This document shows, one piece after another, positions 1 through 9,883 of a stretch of DNA of 64,000 bases; position 1 is the stretch's first letter; every line of letters begins with the position of its first letter. The notes under the pieces are model-generated. The model was not told the DNA's origin and searched no databases. It was given only the letters and a program-made list of their open reading frames with translations. The stretch is from Schmidtea nova. Lineage: Eukaryota. The stretch covers positions 253,952,001-254,016,000 of the forward strand of contig CM097882.1 of NCBI GenBank assembly GCA_044892505.1. The letters run 5' to 3'. A program made the position numbers and the translations under genes.

Positions 1-1046
1 TACAGAAATCGACACTTACGTAGCAGTCATACCAGCATTAAGCGCACCTTGCATTATTGGAACAGATCTGATGCCAGCCTTATTTAAAGAAATCGTAATC
101 GATCTTGGAACAATGAGATTAAAAGATCGCACCGGACAAATATGCGCAATAGAAGCAAAAGTAACCAGTTCAAAGAAAATAACAATACCTGCAAGAAAGG
201 AAAAAATATGTTACGTAAAAATAGATCCTACAATCCAAGGTGATATGATTTTCGAACCAAGTAAAAGATTCGAGAAAAGAAAAGCATTGCCAATGGCAAG
301 AGGACTCGTTAACATAAATGATAATGGAGAAATTCCTATAAACGTAGTAAACTTCGACGAAGAGGATAAAATAATCTACGAAAACGAAAGATTAGGTAAA
401 CTAACCCCAATGATAGATATCGAAACACCAATAGAAGGGGAAGACAAAGATAAAGAACCAACCTGGAATATCGATAGTGAATTATTGAATGAAGATCAAA
501 AGAAGCAGTTAGAAAAACTTCTGATAGAATACAAGGACATATTTGCAGCATCCGATTTAGATCTAGGAACATGTGATGTCACACTACATACAATACCATT
601 AACAGATGAAACACCAATTGAATTAAGGCCTTACAAATTAGCAGAAGCACAAAAAGCAGTAGCAGAAGCAGAAGTGAAGAAAATGTTGGATGCAGAAGTA
701 ATCGAACCAAGTTGTTCACCCTGGCAATTCCCAGTGGTAATGGTAAAGAAGAAAGATGGAACACAGAGATTTTGCATTGATTATCGAAGATTGAATACAG
801 TGACAAAACGAGATACTTACCCATTACCGGACATCAATTAAATACTATTAACATTACAAGGAGCAGCATATTTTACGTCGTTAGATCTAAAAAGTGGATA
901 TTGGCAAATAAAAATGAAGGAAGAAGATAAAGAGAAAACTGCCTTTACCATCGGTAGAGACTTATATCAATTCCGAAAGATGCCATTTGGGTTAACGAAC
1001 GCACCCGCATCATTCCAAAGATGCATGAATTTCGTCACCCATGGAA
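1..1046 (+). pseudogene. Truncated Ty3/Gypsy pol fragment (end of protease, spacer, N-terminal RT), a relative of the giant element at 4549-31394
   Basis: ORF 71..841 aligns nearly residue-for-residue with the giant polyprotein (e.g. [56 protein letters not shown]). An in-frame TAA at 839-841 replaces GAA(E). Homology continues (MPFGLTNAPASFQRCMNFVTHGIKQC) and stops near 1046, before the YIDD motif. Confidence 0.92.
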
Positions 1047-1147
1047 TAAAACAGTGTATTTTAAATAAACAACTAGAACGAGTTGTTTTTGAAATAAATA
1101 TTATTATTCTTGATGTCTGATATTAAGATAGTTACTTATATATATAT

Positions 1148-1553
1148 TAGCAGCTAAAATAAGATTAGATAAGAATATAAAATAGCTAAACATTTTATTT
1201 AAATTCCAATGTAATTGTTGATTGATTATTTCGCTTTTAAATTGTTGATTGATTATTTCGCTTTTGAAATTGTTGATCGATTATTTCGCTTTTGAAATTG
1301 TTGATTGATTATTTCGTTTTTGAAATTGTTGATTGATTAATTCGCTTTTTGAAATGGTTGATTGATTATTTCTTCTTGCTTGTATTTTTTTTGAATCCAG
1401 AGAAAAAGAATGTTTTTTGGTGATTTAAACAATTTTGTTTATTTTATAAATAAATTAATATTTGATTTTAATATATAAGTATAATGATATAATATTTAAT
1501 TAAATTTCTACATATAAATATTGTACTAATATATAAATAACGGAGGCACTACA
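1148..1553 (-). repeat. 3' LTR of small LTR element (406 bp; contains ~6 copies of a 28-bp unit AAATTGTTGATTGATTATTTCGCTTTTG)
   Basis: Matches 4120-4420 apart from tandem-unit copy number and a short indel; starts TGTAG on the minus strand. Confidence 0.85.
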
Positions 1554-2106
1554 ATAGCCCCGCCGAAGTACGCGGAGCGTATGGAAATGCAAAAACGGAT
1601 TCAAAGATCGGAGTAAAAAAACCTGGGAGGCGAAATTCGATTGTTTTTGCACCAGATAGCTTTATATGTGTACCATTCGCGGCTATATCAGAGAATGAGC
1701 AGGGTGTGTCTGCGGTTAAGGTGGTGGGTAGGATTGAATATGACGAGTCTGTTTCTACGAGAAACGTTATTGTGCGTTGTTTGGGTTGACTGTATTCTTC
1801 GAACAGTTGAGCGTTGATGGTGAAATTTCCAGGGATTCTGTTTAAAAGTGGTGTAGTTAGTGTTGCCTTATTTATGGTGGCGGTGGTAGTTGGTGACAAT
1901 GGAGACGGAGATGTGGTTTGTGACGGCTGTGCTAGAATGTGTGTGTAGTCTGAGCGGGTTTCGTCGTCGGAAAAGGTGAGCGGGGCTTCTGGTATTGTTA
2001 GTGGTGTATCTGATGGAACTGTGAATGTTGCTGCTGGTAGTGATGCGGGCGGTGCTCTGTGTGGTGTGTCGGGGATGTTGTTGGCGTTGTTGCTAGTGTT
2101 GTGCAA
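1549..2106 (-). pseudogene. Degenerate retropepsin (aspartic protease) frame
   Basis: TFLVETDSSYSILP corresponds to a mutated LVDTGSSxSxLP motif, followed by AANGTHIKLSGAKTIEF, typical of Gypsy PR. It is out of frame with gag and runs into the LTR. Confidence 0.65.
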
Positions 2107-2323
2107 GGTGTGCTGATTGGTTCTTGTTCTGGTGTTGGTGCTTGTATTGCTATTGGTGGTAGTGTCGTGTGAGGAAATAATACTGTGGAGAGATGAGCGG
2201 TTGTTTCTGAGATGGTGCTTGCTGGCGGATTTGATATTGTGTACGTTGGACGTGGTTTGCTGAGAGAAGAGGTGTTCACTGGCAGGAAGTCATCGGAGCG
2301 TCCAGGAATATCCGATGACTCAG

Positions 2324-4060
2324 TTAGTTTTTTGCATGATGGTGGCCGCTCGTGTGCCATGTACACCATTCGATGCACGATTTGGCTTCGTTCTTGAACA
2401 GGTGGTGGTGGATACAGATTGGAATGACTGGGTTATGAGGATTGTGGAATTCGGAAGCGCAACCAATGCAGCATTTTTGTGCATGTTTTTTGAATCGGCT
2501 GTGAAAATGGCAAATTGGTGGTGCGTTGCTACTTGGTTGCACGTTTTGTGTGCGTGTTACAGGTGGATGATTGGGACGTTGTGCTTTCTGTAATGGAGGT
2601 ATATAGTTGGAATATTTTGCGACGTTGCGGGCGTAGTGGTTTTCGGGTGAATGTTTTGCGTTGACAATGGGAGGTGACGGTGGTGGTGTGTAATTATCAG
2701 CGCGCGGTTTATGAGGTTGAAGTGCGTAAATGCGATCAGCTATTTTAGCAAGATAGTGCGGGTCTTCAGAGTCTACCAATGCGATGGAGGTTTGTAGATG
2801 ATATGGAAGTGCGGAGAAGAATTGGTGTTTTAAGAGTTGAGTGTTTTTGGACAGATCTGGAATGGCGGTGTCGTTGGAGCGGGCAATCTGTGCTAGGAAC
2901 AGGCTTGGTTGTTGTCCTGCGTAATTTTGTGGTGCCAAAAGCTTTGTGAGAGCTTGGGTTTGTGATGAGGTGTATTTTGACACTATCAGGGATTTGAGAT
3001 CATTGTACGGGTTGTCTGCGTAAAGCGCGTTGGCTATTTTCGGTGAAAGCTCGGCTATCAGCTCAGAAGGTAGGCTGTCGAGTAGGTAATCGGCCCGTGA
3101 TTTCGGAAAGAAAGACGTGCGCGATTCGAAAATGCGGAACCACGACGAGGGTGTGCCGTCGGGATCGAAAAATAACAAAATTGGGCGTGAAGTGGATGAA
3201 TAAGACGGTTCTGTAGTGGGCCGGATGCCTCCTAAAACGCGGCAATGAATTTCTATGATATCATTAGGTGGAATGTCGGTGAGTGATGAAACTGGGAAAC
3301 CATTGTACGTCATGTAAAAATCATTCCTATTAATCAGATGAGTGGTGGCGACATCAGTGCTCAAATCCGTGAAAATGGGGATTTGGTGTGTTTTGTGGTT
3401 GAAGCGCGTTAGGACATATGTTGGATAAGAGGCGAAAGAATCGTTGTTGTACATGGTGGATTGAGTGGTATTATTAATATAGACTTTAATGGGAGAGTAG
3501 AAAAATTGTACACCATAAAATTTTATAATTAAAATAGATATTATATTTAATATTATGCAATTTAAGAGGAATGCGTATAATAAATAATTAATTAATAGTA
3601 TAAATTTAAAATATGACTCGCCGTGTGGATGTTGAAGATTGATTACTGAAGATTGATCATTGAAATATTTGTTTCTTTTGTTCTTGCTATTAAATGGCCG
3701 ATTATTGTAGAAGTTATGCCGATTGTGCTCGTTCGGTTTATTGAATTCCAGGTAGAAAGAACGCCGGTTATTTGGATTCACCTTGTTGGGCATCAGATTC
3801 ATCATTGGCCACGATTTGTGACAACTTGGATCATTGAATTCATTCATTTGAGGTCTTTCTTGTCGGAAGTTCCCCTTTGGATTTGCAAATGGAATGTGAG
3901 AATTGGGAAAATTTTGGTAGCCACTTCTCGCAGGTGGCATTTGGCTTTGCATATTCAACTGAGCCTGCATGAATTGTAAAGAGCTATCTTCGACGGAATT
4001 TTCTCTAAACCGATTGTTTATTGGAATTATTTGATTCATTTGTTGTGGTAATTGGTTCAC
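2324..4060 (-). CDS. gag: Gag-like protein (578 aa) with low-complexity N-terminus, ubiquitin-like domain ending RVLGG, Gypsy Gag core and two Cys/His knuckles
   Basis: PDGTPSSWFRIFE...YLLDSLPSELIAEL...NPYNDLKSLIV resembles the Gypsy Gag N-terminal (DUF7041-like) region. Knuckles CHFHSRFKKHAQKC and CIHHHLFKNEAKSC. The start codon is uncertain. Confidence 0.75.
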   Translation of the reverse strand: MNQLPQQMNQIIPINNRFRENSVEDSSLQFMQAQLNMQSQMPPARSGYQNFPNSHIPFANPKGNFRQERPQMNEFNDPSCHKSWPMMNLMPNKVNPNNRRSFYLEFNKPNEHNRHNFYNNRPFNSKNKRNKYFNDQSSVINLQHPHGESYFKFILLINYLLYAFLLNCIILNIISILIIKFYGVQFFYSPIKVYINNTTQSTMYNNDSFASYPTYVLTRFNHKTHQIPIFTDLSTDVATTHLINRNDFYMTYNGFPVSSLTDIPPNDIIEIHCRVLGGIRPTTEPSYSSTSRPILLFFDPDGTPSSWFRIFESRTSFFPKSRADYLLDSLPSELIAELSPKIANALYADNPYNDLKSLIVSKYTSSQTQALTKLLAPQNYAGQQPSLFLAQIARSNDTAIPDLSKNTQLLKHQFFSALPYHLQTSIALVDSEDPHYLAKIADRIYALQPHKPRADNYTPPPSPPIVNAKHSPENHYARNVAKYSNYIPPLQKAQRPNHPPVTRTQNVQPSSNAPPICHFHSRFKKHAQKCCIGCASEFHNPHNPVIPICIHHHLFKNEAKSCIEWCTWHTSGHHHAKN

Positions 4061-4104
4061 TTGTTGCTTTGTAACCAGTCCTGTTTGACTGTCATCAGGA
4101 GGAT

Positions 4105-4115
4105 TTCTGACACCA
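4105..4115 (-). promoter_or_regulatory. Primer-binding site TGGTGTCAGAA (tRNA-Leu-type 3' end complement)
   Basis: Lies 4 nt inside the 5' LTR. TGG start and an 11-nt match to the known TGGTGTCAGAAGTGGGAT PBS class; tRNA identity is from memory. Confidence 0.7.
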
Positions 4116-4119
4116 TTTT

Positions 4120-4420
4120 TAGCAGCTAAAATAAGATAAGAAAAGAATATAAAATAGCCAATGTAATTGTTGATTGATTATTTCGCTTATAAATTGTTGA
4201 TTGAATATTTCGCTTTTGAAATTGTTGATTGATTATTTCTTCTTGCTTGTATTTTTTTTGAATCCAGAGAAAAAGAATGTTTTTTGGTGATTTAAACAAT
4301 TTTGTTTATTTTATAAATAAATTAATATTTGATTTTAATATATAAATATAATGATATAATATTTAATTAAATTTCTACATATAAATATTGTACTAATATA
4401 TAAATAACGGAGGCACTACA
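4120..4420 (-). repeat. 5' LTR of small LTR element (301 bp, ~3 tandem units)
   Basis: Direct repeat of 1148-1553, followed on the minus strand by a PBS. Confidence 0.85.
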
Positions 4421-4433
4421 TATATATATATAT

Positions 4434-4548
4434 CAGGGCCGTGCCTGGGTATATGGCCGCCTGCGTGCTAGTATGCATGGCCGCCCTTTGAGATAACATC
4501 AAAATCAAAGAAAAAAATGAAATTTTCATTCTTAATGTTTGTTATTAT
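4434..4548 (-). mobile_element. hAT DNA transposon terminus (CAGGGCCG...), separated from its transposase remnant by the giant LTR insertion
   Basis: CAGGGCCGTGCC follows a (TA)n run, with subterminal GGCCGCC motifs. It is contiguous with 31399 onward once the LTR element and TSD are removed. Confidence 0.55.
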
Positions 4549-4935
4549 TGCTGGTGTGTTGGTTGGATTGACAACTGAGATCCTTATGATTTTATACGTT
4601 AGGGTGATCTCGCCAACATAAAAACATTTCCCCCGCTGACACCCATGATGTATCCCTAACTACTCATCATGTTGGTGCTGTGTCAACGTTGTGAAATGAC
4701 AAGGCAGGTGAGCAACCTTTCGGCTACTATTCCCTTGTTTATTCACGGGTCCACCACTACCGATAGAAGGTGTCTGTGGCTTTCTTTCGGTCCCACTTAT
4801 GCTCTTTACTTTGCTCTAGGGTAATTTATATTTTTGATATCTGCAGCCAAAAAATGAATCCGGGTTTTTGTTACTTTTAATTCTCATACATGCGTCAAAC
4901 AAACAAAACAAATCAAATCATTCATTTATATACAT

Positions 4936-5535
4936 TTATTTGTAGTTCAACAATACAGAGGGTCGGATTACATTTAGTAGTTCTTGCTCGGATAGACCAC
5001 TGAGCAAGTCTACCTCGATTCCTACGCGATCTGCATATGCGCGTCTTTCCCTGCGCTTTTTCGCTCCTAAACGATTCCGTCTCTTTGTGCGTTGTGAGCC
5101 TGCGGGAATCGTATTTGTCACTGTAGTAGTCGTGGCTACGGTCGAGGCATTCTCTGTTTGGGTGCTCGTAGTCACCGCTATCGCGTCTATCCATCGATTA
5201 AAGGTGCTAGCTCTGATCACTGGGCGTAGTTGGTCGGTGATGAAGTCGCGAGTCGATACCTTCAAATAATTCGCCAACTCCAATTTCAGGGCTGCAATCT
5301 CTCTGGCATGGTCCTCAGCTACTCGTTCTGCCCTGTACCTAGCCTGCAGGATGGACTTAACCCGCTCTGGGTTAAACCAGGTAGTCTTAATCCGCTGATG
5401 CTCCTCATTCAGCTGCCTTAATCGATTTTCCAGGACTCGTGAGCGCGCCTTGTGTTCTCGCGCCTCTTGCTTGAAGTCTCTGCCCTCGGTTTCCGTCATG
5501 TCTGTAAATACATCATTAATGTTAGTATCTGTCAT
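4936..5535 (-). CDS. LTR-encoded 199-aa coiled-coil protein with Arg/Lys-rich motif (unknown function)
   Basis: Intact ATG ORF with CAG|ACACATG acceptor context, RTKRRNRLGAKKRRERR motif, and AATAAA overlapping the stop. Confidence 0.6.
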   Translation of the reverse strand: MTDTNINDVFTDMTETEGRDFKQEAREHKARSRVLENRLRQLNEEHQRIKTTWFNPERVKSILQARYRAERVAEDHAREIAALKLELANYLKVSTRDFITDQLRPVIRASTFNRWIDAIAVTTSTQTENASTVATTTTVTNTIPAGSQRTKRRNRLGAKKRRERRAYADRVGIEVDLLSGLSEQELLNVIRPSVLLNYK

Positions 5536-5681
5536 GTGTCTGATTTTTCGGTCATCCTATCGTCATTAAACAGCTCTACCTTATCCTTAGGTTGTTCTCA
5601 TGCACTCAAAACAAAACAAGACCGTTGCACACCGATACATATATTTCAATATCTAAGACAATCATTCTTTCTCGGTATCAA

Positions 5682-6317
5682 TCAATTGAATGTCCTCAAT
5701 TCCTGATCGGCAGGATGCTCGTCGCGGCGAATTCCATTCTCCCAATACATTTCTGGGGCTGGGGTCCAACTCAGCTTATCTTTGTAGATAAACACCTCCC
5801 AGAGGCGAAGCTCCTTGGGCTCGGGGTGTTGTTCCACGGAAACACTTCCTGGTGCATTGGAATAAGTGAAGACTTCCTCAGTGTAGCGACACCGAGGCCT
5901 GTCTAGCAGCAGGTATCCTAATTGGAAAAGAGCCCTTCCGGTCATCATTTCATTGCTCAATACCCAGCGGGGTCGTCTTTGCTCGTCGAGAAATTGGAAG
6001 AACCATCTATCGGTCCTTGGTTCGGCAGGATCCATGGTGGACATCCAATCGGGGTCTCCTTCCCATCGTAATTGTATCGTGAAGGCGCAAGCCGGAACAT
6101 CTGCGGCTGCACTCATATGGTGTCTTGTCCACCGCCGTAGATGTCGACGCGCAGTTTCGCTAATTCTGCGTGGGGCTTCCATTTCTCCCTCGATGGTAGG
6201 GATCCTCCTTGGCCGGACGACGGAACGGATGCGTCGTGGTTTCCGGACGACATAATCTTCCATTTTCATCTGTCGATAGGTGCTCGGACTTCTTTGATAT
6301 TCTTCGGTCTTTATCAT
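5682..6317 (-). CDS. LTR-encoded 211-aa protein with basic N-terminus (unknown function)
   Basis: Intact ATG ORF preceded by CTAAC branch, a pyrimidine tract and CAG|AAAAATG; RKPRRIRSVVRPRR motif. Confidence 0.6.
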   Translation of the reverse strand: MIKTEEYQRSPSTYRQMKMEDYVVRKPRRIRSVVRPRRIPTIEGEMEAPRRISETARRHLRRWTRHHMSAAADVPACAFTIQLRWEGDPDWMSTMDPAEPRTDRWFFQFLDEQRRPRWVLSNEMMTGRALFQLGYLLLDRPRCRYTEEVFTYSNAPGSVSVEQHPEPKELRLWEVFIYKDKLSWTPAPEMYWENGIRRDEHPADQELRTFN

Positions 6318-8035
6318 TTTTCTGAAGACAAGAAGATGTGATTGTGATGAATTTGTTAGGTGCGTGCAATTATTTATAATCGGCGACCTACTCGACTCAA
6401 GAGTAAAACTCTGTAGGTTGCCGTTGGTGTTTCAGTGTTAGATCGGTTCGATGTTCAAGATAGTAGGTAGGTTGTATGTTATCGTCATGTGGTTGAGTGT
6501 ATTCACTATGTCAAGTTGCTTAACTGATTTGGCCACGCAAAAATTCAGTGCAGTTTATGACAATCTGTATTCATTTATGATGATCACTTGATCATTTATT
6601 ATGTTAGAATATCATCATTTCATAGACCATTTTGGTTTATATCTACAGCAATCATACTCACTCGCATCTCAGGTGTTATCTCCATACCTCATTTTCAATT
6701 AACAATGGTCACATCATCCGGGGAACATGTTCGACCCCTTACTCAGGTTAATTGGGTACAGATTGTGCTTGTATTATATTTCGTGGGACTATCCTTTGTA
6801 CCCTTCGTGAGGCGTGTATATGTGTTGGGACATCCTGTGGATTCATGGTTTTACTCCGACGCTAGCACTGTCAGTCTCTGACTCACATGGCTCATGCGTT
6901 GTATATCTCTATCGTCGTCAGTGCTCAATTTATCATGATACTTACCCTCTGCACAAAGCTGTCGTTACTCTACTTGACTTCACGAACGCTGAACACTTCC
7001 TCGTCGATCAACCCGTCTTTTATGTAAACCCATGTACTCGATGTTGTCGTGACAGATGATACGCCCTTCAATTGCTTCTACCCATACTGAGGTTATGATG
7101 ACATGAGATATCCGATGTGCCCTTCCCCCTTCCGCTTGTTAAATATTTAGAACACTTATGGTCCCGCCGCATCAGCACCTCACAACCTAAAGATTGTGTT
7201 GCGCTGAGAGGCCCCAAGAATCCGTCAGGCTGTTAGGCCTCCGGAAAACCTTATGGATTTTAATATGGATAACAATTAAAATTATGAGGGTTTAAATCAA
7301 TAAGAATGCAACTCGAAATTACCTTTTATTCCAATTTACTGCTTCACAAGTTGTCTACAAGTTGCTACTGTTAATCACACTCAGTAAAAATGACACACTG
7401 TCAAACACTGATTTGACTTCAGTATTTATACTGAACCGGTGTTGTTGGTTAGCCAATCAGCATCGAGTATGTGTGTATGTTTGCTTCATTTTTTATGTTG
7501 TCGGCTTTTTGCTGCCTAACTTAACTCGCCGATTTGTTTGGTTAATCATGCGGTAAGTTTTTCTTAGTCATCAATTTATTTTATTTTATTTTTGTTTATA
7601 GGTCTTTGGTGACATCCGCCCACGCGCTGTCATATTCCAATTTTATCTGCTTCGCATGAGTGAGTTTTGACGATTTTTGTTGTTTGATTTATATTTTATT
7701 TCTTTTAGATGTTGCCGCCTATTTTGTTACGCTTTGGTGTTGGTAATTTATTTTGTTGTTATTCTGTATTTAATTTATTTTATTGATTGTATATTATTTT
7801 CAGATGCTGCTCGATTTGGCTAGCCCAACATCACTCGGGGTCCCCTAAAATTGCGTCCCGCAATTACATGCATATACCTACATCAACATACATAAAAAGT
7901 TCGTGACAGAACTTACATGCAAAACCACATAAGGTGGTAGCTTTCATACCCATTTATACAAAGTCACACATTGTCATTGTCATGTTTTTATTGTTTATAC
8001 ACAGTTCAATGTTTCTGGCTCATAGGGGTTGATTT

Positions 8036-8560
8036 TCAGGTCCTTTCACTGGTTGACTGCATTTCGTATCGGGCTTGGATTTGTCGTAGATGACTTCTCA
8101 TCCTTTGTTGGGTTTTTGCTTCTCTTTTAGCACGTCTACACATTATCGTTTGTTGTTGTTTGAGGCTTCTGATTCGATACAGGGTATACGTGATCACGAT
8201 GATCAAGATGATTGTTAATATCGTCATTGTGACTATTCCGACGATGATCCATCTGTTTCGGATTTCGGATTCGATTTGGGTTTGACCTTTGATTGGCTTT
8301 AGGTGATCTTGAAATGTTCTATGGATTTCTCGGATCTTCTCGATTTGATTGAATAGGGTTTGCAAGGGTTTGCGATGATCATGACTGATTCGCATTTTCC
8401 GGATTAATTGTTTCAAGTCTTCTCTGACTTCATTTAGTTGTTTTTCGATCTCTTGGGATATCTCGTTTGACAGGGTTCTTTGGATTTCGGTTGTCGAATA
8501 GTTCATGATTATTGCAGTTAACATAATCGTTAGGATTGATAGGATTTTGAGCCAGATCAT
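8036..8560 (-). CDS. Accessory 174-aa predicted membrane protein (signal/anchor, coiled-coil ectodomain, TM, basic tail)
   Basis: Hydrophobic N-terminus MIWLKILSILTIMLTAIIM, NYS sequon, heptad region, TM WIIVGIVTMTILTIILIIVITYTLY. Confidence 0.7.
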   Translation of the reverse strand: MIWLKILSILTIMLTAIIMNYSTTEIQRTLSNEISQEIEKQLNEVREDLKQLIRKMRISHDHRKPLQTLFNQIEKIREIHRTFQDHLKPIKGQTQIESEIRNRWIIVGIVTMTILTIILIIVITYTLYRIRSLKQQQTIMCRRAKREAKTQQRMRSHLRQIQARYEMQSTSERT

Positions 8561-8633
8561 TTCTGATTATTCTACTGATTAATACAGGTTACATTGATTT
8601 GTACATTTTTACACACGGATTTTTCGCCTCTTT

Positions 8634-9794
8634 TTACACATCCGTCTCCTCTGGTTCATGGAACCCTTCGTCTTGGAGTTCCATTGGTGATGGTGGTATA
8701 AACGGTAACCACACCACTCTACTTCTCCACATTGCAATTTCATCTTGATACGTTTGAGAGATTTGTATCTCTTCATCTAACAGATACTCCATGTAGTCTG
8801 ATTGTTCGCTCAGAGTTTCGATTTGTCTTTCCATTTCTTCCACTTTTCTCTTCAGGGCTTCTGTTTCTGTTGATTCGGTTTCTACTTCTATGGTTTCTTT
8901 CTCTGCTTTCAGGGTTATTATCTGCTGTTTCAGTTCTTCGTTTTCTTTCGTCAAATTCGTTATATTTTCCTCATACGCTCGGTTTGATTCCGCATGTCTT
9001 TCCTTCACAGCTTTCAGTTCCATTTTCTTTTGGGTCACCACCCCTTGGTAACCATTTACATCTCTTTCCAAGCTTTCTTTTTCCCTGTTCAACTTTTGTC
9101 TTTCCGCTTCCTCTTTTTGTCTAATGCCTCGCATTTCTCCATTTATCATCTGTATTTGCCATTGCGTTTTCTTTAGTTCCTTTGCTTGTTCTCGAATAAA
9201 TCGTTGCCGTTTTCGACTCCATTCTTTGTTTGTCTGTTCTTGTCGTTTTCTCTGTTCCAATTCCTCTTTCAATTCGTCTATCTCTTGATACAATTTCCAA
9301 TCTTCGCTGTATGCTGTCCTTCTGATTATCTCTTTGGCTTCTTTATACACCCGTTTCGACTCCATCTTCCAATGTCTCGCTTGAGCTTTGATAGCTAGTA
9401 GTTTTACCTCCATCTTTTCCTCTTGTTTCTCCCTTTCTTCTCTTCGCGTTTTCATCATATTTTTATAATGTTCTGCTTGTTTCCTCATCCACTGATAGAC
9501 CTCTTCTATCTTCTGTCGGCTTCGTGAATTCGTTCCTTTTAGCTTCTCTATTTGTGTTGTCAGTTGTACTATCTCTTTATTCACTTCCTCGAGTTCTAGT
9601 TGGTATAACTCCATTCGTCTCTCGCATTTTAGTTTCTCGTAGAAATTGTTTGTCATCACTTCGTGTAATTCCCTGGTTCTTTGTTCTACTTCCACTTTAC
9701 ATCTCCTTTCGATTTCTCTTTCTATTGCTTCTCGTTCGTTCGCCATCTCGTTTCTCGTTTCATCTTCGATTACATGTTCATTTGCGTTTTCCAT
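8634..9794 (-). CDS. Accessory 386-aa long coiled-coil protein ending EPEETDV
   Basis: E/K/R-rich heptads throughout, same purine-rich coding bias as the polyprotein, CAG|AATG start context. Confidence 0.75.
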   Translation of the reverse strand: MENANEHVIEDETRNEMANEREAIEREIERRCKVEVEQRTRELHEVMTNNFYEKLKCERRMELYQLELEEVNKEIVQLTTQIEKLKGTNSRSRQKIEEVYQWMRKQAEHYKNMMKTRREEREKQEEKMEVKLLAIKAQARHWKMESKRVYKEAKEIIRRTAYSEDWKLYQEIDELKEELEQRKRQEQTNKEWSRKRQRFIREQAKELKKTQWQIQMINGEMRGIRQKEEAERQKLNREKESLERDVNGYQGVVTQKKMELKAVKERHAESNRAYEENITNLTKENEELKQQIITLKAEKETIEVETESTETEALKRKVEEMERQIETLSEQSDYMEYLLDEEIQISQTYQDEIAMWRSRVVWLPFIPPSPMELQDEGFHEPEETDV

Positions 9795-9883
9795 TCTGTA
9801 ATTTACAAATTTACACTTGTTATATTATACGTTTATTGTTGCTGTCGATTTTTACACTTTATTTACAGGGTCGTTCATTCTGA

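Larger units (their letters stand above)
1148..4420 (-). mobile_element. Small non-autonomous/internally deleted Gypsy-type LTR retrotransposon (Ubl-Gag-degenerate PR; no RT/RH/IN) inserted in a (TA)n tract
   Basis: Direct repeats at 1148-1553 and 4120-4420 both run TAGCAGCTAAAAT...GGAGGCACTACA. A PBS lies next to the right repeat, TA runs flank both sides, and Gag and protease ORFs lie inside. Confidence 0.85.
4549..7830 (-). repeat. 3' LTR of giant element (3,282 bp)
   Basis: Begins TGCTGG and ends CCAACA on the + strand; direct repeat of 28113-31394. Confidence 0.96.

Noticed and set aside
3470-3620. AT-rich hydrophobic stretch in the small element's Gag ORF as an intron or TM domain
   Set aside because: No convincing canonical donor was found and the frame stays open either way, so it cannot be decided.
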